NCBI GenBank assembly: GCA_001642005.1
Contig: LWCA01000145.1
Location: 1 to 47,564 of the forward strand
DNA: 47,564 nucleotides
Direction: 5' to 3'
Source of the DNA: Intoshia linei
Lineage: Eukaryota; Animalia; Orthonectida
Part shown: piece after piece, positions 38,056-47,564 of the stretch
Position numbering within the stretch: position 1 is the stretch's first letter
Layout: each line of letters starts with the position of its first letter
Notes under the pieces: model-generated
The model's input: only the letters and a program-made list of their open reading frames with translations
What the model was told of the DNA's origin: nothing
Database searches by the model: none
Made by a program: the position numbers and the translations under genes

Positions 38056-40536
38056 TTATTGTTCATCATTTTTCATGACTTTTTTGGTAAAGTAATTTAT
38101 AAACACATATAACGATCTAATTATCATGCACACAGTAATTATAATATTGGATAATTTATCGTGATCGTAATATTTGCAAGTCATATTTTTACTCTTTTTT
38201 AGACATACGTGATCCAATAAGCTTCCAAAAGCAAATGTTGCTGTAACGGAACCTGAATAAAATAATTAATGTTTTATATTATTATATAATATTGATATCT
38301 CAAATTAAATGTATAACGAAATTTAGTGGTTAAAAAATACAGATGGTAGTCCTCGTTATATTTTAAGCTCAGTTAAAGTTTGATTTTCCAAAGGATAATA
38401 TAATATTATTCATTACAGAAATATAAATAATTAATGTAAACAAAATAGTAAATAATTTTATAAATATCCATACAATCTTGATACAATAATAAAAATCCAT
38501 AAATGGAACGCAACTAAAAAATAATATATTTATTTTGAAATGTGAAAAAAAATCTCAATTCTGATTTTATAGTCAAAAATTTAAATAAATATTACTCCAC
38601 TATCCCTTCTATCATGTTAGCAGAAGATGCAATGATTATATATACGTAGAAAATGAGTATAATCAAAAAAAATATATGGAACGGCACGGGCGTTTGGTAT
38701 TTCTGCATTCATTTAAATCGAATATTTGGTTTTCAGGGGGAATACAAGAACATTATATCTAAAATCAAATATAAAAATGTAATTATAATAATACTGTATT
38801 ATTTAATTTCGTACATCCTGCCCAACAATGTGACGCATATGATATATCTGGAAAATCACTAAATGGAGATTTGTGGCAAATTGGATAAAAGGGTAAATTA
38901 GAACAATGACAATCCATATTACACACATTTAACAGTTTGAAATTAATTCTTAAAAATTAGGTTAATTTATAAATATTTTATATTACGAGTCACTATTAAT
39001 GTACTGGTGATTAACTCCGGCCATAGGAACAAACTTGCAATTGATTAAAAAAAAAAGTGAAAGTGGAACTGATATAATTGCCAGGAATAGCTTGATATTC
39101 ACTGAATTATCAATGCTTATATTCTTAAAAAGTATATTATCAGTAATTATTCCCATAATAGCACCAATCAAAACAGAAGAGCCTAAACAAATAAATAATA
39201 CATAAAAATATATATACAAGTCCAGTATGTATCAATTGGGCAATAAATAAAAAAATAATATTTTTTTATTGTCGTCTACCAATAAAAAAAATTACACTAA
39301 TTTCTCTCTACGGACTAGGTAGAGGCAACCAATTATCAAATCCATCTAACGTATACCTATATAAATCACTGCCGAATTTGATGATACATCGAATTTAATT
39401 TCTAGTAATTTTGGAAGTAGTAAAATCAGTGCCGATACAAGAAAAAAATCCAATATTTTGCATAACACAATGTACGTAAATTGTTGATTTTTAAATAATT
39501 TTGAAATACATTTAAAATTTGCGTCTGTAACAAGTGAAACGCTGTTAAAAGATGAAAGTGATTTAACTGTTTTGTTATTAATAATGTCTAAATGCCCTAA
39601 AGCATCATGTAAATTTGATAAAAATGTGAATTTACCAGATAAATGATTGGGAAATGCAAACAAAATAAATGCAATCAGTACAAATACAAATGAGGCGAAT
39701 ATTAACGGTATCCACCATTCTTGATATGACTTGCTGTTGATATAATTATGGATGCTAAATTATTTTACAAATATAAATAGTTATAATTACTCCAATAGTC
39801 CCATATGATCTGTAAGAACTTTTTGAATTAATCCACCAGAAATATAACCGAGCGCTGGACTTATAATGGCACAGGATGAAGTTAAGTTAATGTACACTTT
39901 TGAAGATGATGTTTTTACATTCTCATTGATCAAATCATATGTAGTAGTGTAAAGAGTGGTGCTCGCAATTCCATTCAAAATTTGTGCAGAAATGAAAATG
40001 CACAGTGAAATATATTTGAATTCTGGGTAATCAACTTTAGCTAAACGTTAAATTATAAAATTAAAGTTAAAGTATTATACTTTTTGGGTTTTTAGTACAA
40101 TATTCTATGTCTGAGTTTGTGTTGCCAGAATTGTCAAAAACTCTGGGAAAAGAAAATAATAAGCACCCAATATCCAACAAGAGCATGCCGACTCCTAAAA
40201 ACTAATTTTTAAAATATATTTATTTTAAATACCCAGCAAAGAAAATGTGTTGTATTTTTTATTTATTTTAATCATTAATAGGAATATTGCCACAATCGTT
40301 ATTTCATAAATAACTATCAGTAAAGAGCTGAAAATATTGTTGAAGCCGTACAGTCTTTCAAAGTTTAAAATTGCCAAATATATATAACCATTTACTGTTC
40401 CATGTACAATGGTTATTAAACAGAGTATAAATAATAAAAATGGTTCGTTGTCCATCTTTTTCATAAATTTGGAATTCCATGATCGATATCCAAAGGATGT
40501 TTCACCGTTGTCTATTTCTTGTGGTAATTTGTTCAT
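38056..40536 (-). CDS. SLCO/OATP organic anion transporter; possible pseudogene (in-frame TAA)
   Basis: VNGYI..FERLYG..YEI, ISPALGYISGG, EWWIPL..LFAFP, Kazal-like CNMDCHCSNLPFYPIC..YASHCWAGC..CSCI, last exon FGSLLDHVCL..CKYYD; TAA 38056-38058. Confidence 0.8.
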
Positions 40537-40659
40537 ACAATTAAAAAAAATATTTATATATGCGATTTAATACGTGTATTTACTCGAAAGTATTTATTTG
40601 TATTGAAATACATACATGTATTACATATCATATTTTGTTATATACTAGTGATTCTCAAC

Positions 40660-41069
40660 CAGTGGCGGATCTAAGATTTTTAGCCAGGGGGGCGAAATGC
40701 ATATAATGTATTTATATTGGCATTTTTATATTATGTTTATTAAATATATCTATCTACAATAATAATTTTAGATTTTTTTCTAATTTTCATTCAACTAAAT
40801 TTTTTATGTTGAACATTCATCTGTTGAGTTGTTCAAGTATATTTTCGGCAAATTTGTATTTCGATTATGACAACAAGTCCGATAATTTAACTTAAACTGA
40901 TGTTACTAGCATGACAAATAATACATAGATTAATGATCATTATATACATAAATGTACATAAAACGTAAACAATAGGTCATAGAAAATTTTTTACATTTTT
41001 TACAATGTTAATACATGAATTAAAATATTTTAGGGACACATTTGTAACACCAGGGAGCGCCCGCCACTA
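40660..41069. mobile_element. hAT-like MITE with CAGTGGCGG TIRs
   Basis: CAGTGGCGGATCT at 40660 and CCGCCACTA at 41061-41069; similar lone ends near 28743 and 37977; abuts another TIR-like stub TAGTGATTCTCAAC. Confidence 0.45.
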
Positions 41070-41120
41070 TGCATATACATAAAACGGTAGCTGATGGTAA
41101 TGCTAATTGCATATTATTTC

Positions 41121-41250
41121 TTACTATGATTCACTATTTAGATTTTTTTACTGTGATTCACTATTTAGAAATTTTTTTACTGTGATTCACTGAAATTCCT
41201 AATTTGTAGTGTAAATTACTGTGATTCACTAAGATTTACTGTAATTCATT
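41121..41250. repeat. Five copies of TTACTGTGATTCACT with variable spacing
   Basis: Copies start at 41121, 41148, 41177, 41216 and 41236. Confidence 0.8.
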
Positions 41251-41898
41251 GTTTAGCGAGACCCATTTGTTGACATGCTTTTGACGCTGACTGTAAATAA
41301 GCGACTCACCTAAAATACGTTTATTTACTCAACAGTATTTATTTGTATTAATGTTTTGTCATACACATTCAATAATTCAATTACCCAGGTAATACCTAAT
41401 TACACACAATAAACTTATAAATATCATGTCGTTAGGAAAAATACTTAGCTATTACGAATGATCTTCAGTTATTGCATAATTACTAATTAGTAGAACCATT
41501 CATGGAGCATAATGACTAGGTACGCAAGATTTTGATTATGCTCTTACAAAAGTTTGCATCATTGTGAATTACATAATTGTGTTTATTTGTTTAAATTTTA
41601 TTTTATTTATTGTTGCTTAACGACTTTAGAGTATAATAATAGGCTATTATTATGTTTATTAATATTATTATGCTATTATTAATAGCATAATGCTTATCTG
41701 ACCAGAATGTTATAGACTAATATTTTATTTAAAATTATATGAAATGTACATTATGGGTGTCAACGGTATCTTAAATGCAATGCCGCTCAGGAATAATTAG
41801 ATACATATATGCATTTAAAGTGTTAATTCGTTGAAAAAAATTATTTTTGTACATTAATGAACTCGCATGGTGTCCATTGGACACTCTATGGATATATT

Positions 41899-42337
41899 CA
41901 GAGTCGTCTTAAGCCACTTCGTGACCCTGTGCTAAGCACAGGGCCGGAGGCCCTTTAAAGTTTTAATCGCAGCGAGAAAAAAATTTAGGGCCTCTTATTA
42001 GAAAATCAAAGATTTTCTACTTTCTTTTTTGAATATTCATTTAATAGAAAGATTTTAATGTTTAATATTATCATTTGATACAGTTTTTATGTCAATATTA
42101 TATGATCAACATTGTAGAATATACTTGTATTCTAAATTGAATATTTACCAAAACTTTGATTCTTTAAACTATTTGAATTCTCATACTTCAAAACTTATAA
42201 ACTGTTTCTGTGACTGTGAAGTATTTTTTAATAAATTAGGGGTCTCTTTTTAAGATATAAGTGTAAAGTACTTTTATTAATTTGGGGCCTTTTTTAATGA
42301 GTGGCCCTGGGCTACAGCCCATATTGCCCATGCCTAA
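41899..42337 (+). mobile_element. MITE family B (CAGAG TIR), right TIR eroded
   Basis: Left CAGAGTCGTCTTAAGCC plus hairpin CCCTGTGCTAAGCACAGGG; right subterminal sequence shared with 30172-30222. Confidence 0.6.
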
Positions 42338-43087
42338 TCGTTCTTTATTGAGCAATGTGTTGAGAGCTATAGACGCAGAAGAGGATGTTATCGAAAATGC
42401 AGATATAATTGAAGAAATGGATAATCAAATTGACTTCTCCGGTCCTATCTATTCATTTGTTAAGGAAAACGAAAACGAGAATGTTATTATTTTGATGGAT
42501 GGTATCCAGGATGTACTATAAATTCAACTTTTTCAATGTTTTCAAAATATATTTTAAACAAATATAAATTGTGTCCAATTAATAAATTCTACTCTACAGA
42601 AAATATAGAACGGATTTTTCAAGATATTTTAAGATTCAATGGATATGAAAAGACAATTAAAAATGTAAAATGTAGTTATTTTGGATTGTATCATTCATTA
42701 GGTCATTCCATAACTAATCTTGTTTTTTTAAAGTTTTAATTAGTTACATTAAATATAACATTAACAAAATATATACATTTGTTATTTTTATTGCATTTAT
42801 CATACCGCACGACCCTGTGTTGTTTTCAGTGGCGACTCTGGCTAATCGAGATCACTCGGGATAAAATTTCTATGACAACCACACATTTTTTTTTCAAATT
42901 ATATGTGAAAATAATAAATATAAAAAAAAATTTACAAATAAGTAATTATAAACTAAATCTGAAAATTATGAATAGAAAATAAAGATTCAAATTTTATATA
43001 ACAATATTTAAAATTGACATAACTAAGATATAAATTATTTTTTATGAATAATACATCATGTAACCGCTATATAAATTTAATCTATAG

Positions 43088-44075
43088 CAGTGGTTCTCAA
43101 CCCGGGTTCCGCGAAATTTAATTGGGGTTCCGTGAAATATAAATGCGATATTTTTGAATTTAAAGTTTTTCTAAATTACTGTTGTATGCAATGAAACATC
43201 ATTTCTCAAATTTAAATCAAATAAGTTTTAAAAAAGTATTATACGTTGTGAGTATGGGAACCTATTGATAGAGTATAGAGATAGATTATTTGCAATTTTT
43301 AAAATTGATCATAAATAAAAAATGTATTAAGCTGTTAAATACATATATATGTAATATAGATAGAGACGAAAACCAATTAAAATCATCGAAACTAAAGATT
43401 ATACGGTTAGTTTTAATGGTCGATAAAAATAATTAACCCTTACGAGACTATGCTGATTTTCAAAATTGAAAGAAAAAAATTTCACTTTTGAAATGTTAAA
43501 AAACACCAAAATTTAAAGCTTAAAAGTCATGAAATTTCAAATATCATTGATTTGTTAAGTGAACAACTTAAATTTGGCTGAGAATTAGCATTAAAATATA
43601 TTTAATTTATGATACGTAATTACAATCACGTCACGTAATTATATTTTAATAGAATATAATTTATTTTATTGTTGACACAATGTAAACAGTGATAATAAAA
43701 TTAATTTTATGAGCGGTTATTTGTTCATAATTTATATTACTACCGCCTTATTATGGTTTGTGTACAAACCAATGTAAATTTATGAGTGTAGTTTTTTGAC
43801 AAGTTTTTCTCAAAGAAAGTGCTTTTATATTTAGTACTATATTAGAAGTCATTAATTGTAATTGATTTTCGAAATGCACGTTAGAGATTTGAGATCGTAG
43901 CTCGACTTTATAAACATTATAATAAAGTGTCAGAATTTAAAATTTCTATTTATTAAATTGATAGTTAAAATTTGCAAATTGAAAATGTAAATTAATTCAA
44001 AAATAATGAAAATTACATATTTTTATGTGAAGGCCGCACCAAATCATGAATAAGGCTGCACGTTCCCCACCCCTG
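43088..44075. mobile_element. hAT/Charlie-type MITE ends (possibly two different elements)
   Basis: Left CAGTGGTTCTCAACC with GGGTTCCG repeats; right GTTCCCCACCCCTG; flanks do not form a TSD. Confidence 0.4.
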
Positions 44076-44081
44076 CCCTAA

Positions 44082-44885
44082 TCCTTACTTATATAATATG
44101 CTACGCAATATTTGTTTGTGTGTGTTCCATTTTATTTCAATAACAACCAGTCTTTGAATTTTATAAAGTCCACATTTCAATTACAGTTTTTTACGTGACA
44201 TATAATAAGATAAATTTCAACCTCCCAAACTCACATCTTACGGGTCAAAACCCTGTTGTCTCTCTTTTTGAAGAGCAAACGAGTTGGAGAATTTAAAAAA
44301 ATATATCAATTGTCCTTCTTTTTGAAATCAAACGAGTTGGAGAATTTAAAAAAAGTATAGTTTTTTTCGGGACATATAATAAGATAAATTTCAACCTCCC
44401 AATTTCACATCTTACGGGTCAAAAACCCCAGTTGTTTTTTTTTGAAAATCAAACGAGTTGGAGAATTTAAAAAAATAAACGCTGATACGGATTTTAAAAT
44501 CATAAATTTAAATTTAAAAAAATTATATCTTCAGGGCCAAAACCCAAATTACCCTTTTTTTTATGAAAACAGGGCTAGAATTTAATAAAATTTACAGGTG
44601 GTACAGTTGTATCCTGTTAACACACACAAAAAATTTTAATCCGAATAAGTGACAACTTCACGGTCAAAAAAACATTTTAGCATTCATATATTTTTTTTGG
44701 AAATATTATACACATTCTGTTTAATAAATTTAAAAAATGGGATAACAATTGTTTTTAAAATTCTTTACGCAAATGTTAACAAAACAAATTAAGATTGAAT
44801 AATAGGATTTTTAAGTTAGATTTTCAACATGAATGTTTTTTTTTTAGTAGAATAAAATGTGCCCTCGGCCGAGCTAGGTGTTTAT
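44082..44885 (+). mobile_element. Non-autonomous Helitron with internal tandem duplication
   Basis: A|TCCTTACTTATATAA, TTTGTTTGTGTGTG tract, three copies of CAAACGAGTTGGAGAATTTAAAAAAA, 3' GCCCTCGGCCGAGCTAGG. Confidence 0.8.
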
Positions 44886-44977
44886 ATAATATACAAAATA
44901 CATACATAACTATAATAGTTATGTGTATATAATTATATTATAATATATGTAAGCAATGCTTATCATTATATTACATA

Positions 44978-45060
44978 CTAGGCTGAATATTAAGCGCTTC
45001 GTACAAACAGCACTTAGCTCTGCCGGGGATGGCCTTTTGTAATTCTACCAAAAAAATAAG
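44978..45060 (-). mobile_element. Isolated Helitron 3' end, tail-to-tail with the previous copy
   Basis: Minus strand CCCCGGCAGAGCTAAGTGCTGTTTGTACGAAG..CAGCCTAG|T. Confidence 0.65.
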
Positions 45061-45185
45061 TTTAATGATAAATTACAATGTACAAATCAATTTTAGAATA
45101 ATTGGGTCCAACAATCATTTATGGATATTAGACTAGTTTTTAAAAAATTTCGTATAGTGGTCGAAATTTTTTTTACTTCAACAGC

Positions 45186-45771
45186 ATGACACTTAAAAAA
45201 ATGGCAAGCGCTGTATTAAAAATGAATACTTTGAAGAAGAAACAGAAAATAATTGTAATTTGTATATAGGGCTTACAATTTTAATCTGACTCGCAGATTG
45301 GTTTCTAGCTTACCTGGTCCTGTGTCAAAAAGTTTAATGGTCACTGGCCAGTGTGTTTAACGAATAACATTGATCTTAAAATTTGAATTTTAGATAAAAA
45401 TCTTAAAATCAGAAAAAGGTTATGTAAAATCTCAATTTTATGTAGATAAAAGTCATTGCAATCTAAACAAAACTTTGTATGGTGGTTGTTCAGCTACTTT
45501 AATTGATTGTATTACCTCTTTAGCACTTTTATCCAATGGCAAAAATAATGGAGGTATCTCGATGAATTTGAATTTAAAGTATAATATTAATTATGTTTCA
45601 TTAATTGTAATGTTTAGTTATTTGAGAGCTATTCAAATGGATCAAAATATAATTATAGAAGGAATTGCGACAAAAGTTGGGAAAAATGTAGCATACTTAA
45701 AAGGAAAAATATACGATAAAGATAACAGATTGTGTTTAACCGCTAGTCATATAAAATACATGCAAAATTAA
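45186..45771 (+). CDS. ACOT13: Acyl-CoA thioesterase 13 (THEM2, hotdog fold); first exon uncertain
   Basis: Exon from 45394: HCNLNKTLYGGCSATLIDCITSLAL..GGISMNLNL|YL..IIIEGIATKVGKNVAY..ASHIKY; 39-nt intron 45579-45617. Confidence 0.85.
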
Positions 45772-46410
45772 ATATTTTGAATACAGAAATATTACATACG
45801 CAGATAACCTTCGATTAATGCATAAAATTGCTCATAGTTATGTCGCACTAATCGAAGTTAAAACCCATACAAATCGTGAAATTGAACCTGATAATTTTGT
45901 AAATTAATATATGTATAGTACAGTTCTTACACGATCCGAACACAACTTCGGATCGTATTGAAACTGTTTTTATATTTTGTATTTTAAGTTTTTAACTAAC
46001 TAATCTTAATTAATTTTTAATTGTGTTTCGGACAAGAATTTCTCGTTTCAATCGTATATATCACCTCAACACGATCCGATGTAGAACTCTAATATATAGT
46101 AGTTATAAGTTATAACGATTTAATTAAATTACATTATATTTTTTCGAGTTACCACAAATAGACTTCCAAGATTGTGAAACTTTGAAGTGCAACACAGAAT
46201 ACATGGTAGTTTTAAATGATAAATTCAATCGATTTCTTAAAAAAATATTTATCTGTAGTTAATTGCCGTTTCGCCTTTTTTTCTTCAATAACTTCTCCAT
46301 AGTAAGTTATTTGAGTAATATTACGCCAAATATATTAAGTATTTAATGAAATTTTGTTAATAATATATTTTGTTTATGGAGATTAAAGTTTAGTAGTGTA
46401 ACTATGTTAC

Positions 46411-47564
46411 TTGTTCCCCTCCAAGAATGGGGGTTAATTGAGAACATAATCATTTAAGTAATTTGGAGGTTTACGAGGACGAGGTTCTTTGAGTGCGTAT
46501 TGAGGTTGATTTTTTGATAATATAGGATGATTAACTTTGTAATTTGTAGTGATATGATTTGTGCATTGGAACCTTTTATCATAATTATTTTTCTCTCTTT
46601 ATTACTAATTATCTAATCTATCTACTTATCTAAATAATCTCTAATTACTCTGTAATTATGCTTATAGGCATGTTTCTTTGCATCAGACATTAGAGTACCA
46701 AGTTTTATTGGGTTAAGATTATGGTGATTATCTTTCATGATATTTCCATGTATAATATTATATGGAGATTTCCCAGTTTTAGAGGATTTAGTTTTCCTCA
46801 AAGTCATTAAGATAAACGGTAATTGTGTGTCTCAGTCATAAAATTCTGAGTTAGGGGTAATGCGGAGACGATCTCGTATAGTTCGATTGAGACGCTCTAC
46901 TAAACCAGTACTTTAGTGATCATACGCCGAGCATGTCGACTGTTTTATTCCACATAAATTGCATATTTCTTTCACTAAGGAGGACAAAAACTGTGTTCCA
47001 TTATCAATGTGAATGGCTGCAGGTATTCCGTGTTGTACAATGACTCTATCCACAATTGCGCTGGCAACCTAATAAGTTGTAATATCCCTCAGTAGGACTG
47101 CTTCTGGACACCCAGTGAAGTGGGCTATCATAGTTTAAATGTACTTGTACTGTTCGGGTGTTTCGGGTAGCGGACCACGTAGGTCAAATTCGTTGGTTTT
47201 TATTTGCTTAAGTTTCGAAGTATGACGACGTTTGCCGGTTTTGGGTGTTACATTTGTGACATTTGGATACGTAATTATGAACATCCTTGTAAATATTGGG
47301 CTAAAAATAGTAATTTGAAATATTTTGATACGTTAGCAGTAATTCCTGGGTGTAAGTTTAGTTTTGAATTGTGAAAATAGTTTAACATTGCTGATATAAG
47401 TGGATCAGGTACTAGTTTCATTTTTATGTTATTTTGATTGAAGATTAAAGTGTTTTCAAATATTGTATAGTGCTTTGAAGAATATTTGTGATTAGAGGGT
47501 AATTTTTTGTTGTTTTAATGAGTGATATAATTGCTGACATGAAACGTTAGATTTTTGTTGTTCT
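46411..47564 (-). mobile_element. Decayed Ty3/Gypsy LTR retrotransposon: integrase, polypurine tract and probable 3' LTR start
   Basis: HHCC finger FHNSKLNLHPGI..CHKC; core DLRGPLP..HGIPAAIHIDNGTQF..GLVERLNRTI; TGKSPY; several stops; PPT-like GGAGGGGA (46415-46422) followed by (A)GTAAC. Confidence 0.88.

Noticed and set aside
38753-38755. Stop-codon reassignment (alternative genetic code)
   Set aside because: Single case; the other genes read through with the standard code and end in TAA or TGA
41121-41250. CRISPR-like repeat-spacer array
   Set aside because: Repeat only 15 nt, spacers 5-24 nt and partly similar to each other, no cas genes, eukaryotic context
45255-45393. Intronic snoRNA in ACOT13
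   Set aside because: No convincing C/D or H/ACA architecture; the GC-richer part may be an alternative first coding exon (AYNFNLTRRLVSSLPGPVSKSLM)

Overview
Eukaryotic (animal) genomic DNA, very AT-rich and gene-dense. Most introns are tiny (about 35-42 nt, GT-AG), and the long introns and intergenic gaps are filled with transposon debris. This architecture resembles a compact parasitic invertebrate genome such as an orthonectid (inference only). Eleven protein-coding genes were reconstructed by hand across introns: ZC3H15, KIAA2012-like, a very divergent GPI-anchored glypican-like protein, a short cyclin T, DDX3/PL10, an orphan coiled-coil protein, prefoldin 4, an SLC6 transporter, an intronless MFSD1, an SLCO/OATP with an apparent nonsense codon, and ACOT13. 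Mobile DNA comprises Buster-type hAT MITEs with 8-bp TSDs (some nested) next to a fossil Buster transposase, a non-autonomous Helitron family, and decayed Tc1, Chapaev3-like, Ty3/Gypsy and unusual IS630/Tc1/mariner-like coding remnants. No CRISPR array, rRNA or tRNA was found, and I cannot support a wholly new multi-gene system. The best leads are the oomycete-like ITm transposase fossil, two convergent gene pairs whose stop codons are 8 nt and 1 nt apart, the double-hairpin Helitron 3' end, and the cysteine-poor glypican-like surface protein. All protein family calls come from remembered motifs, not database searches.
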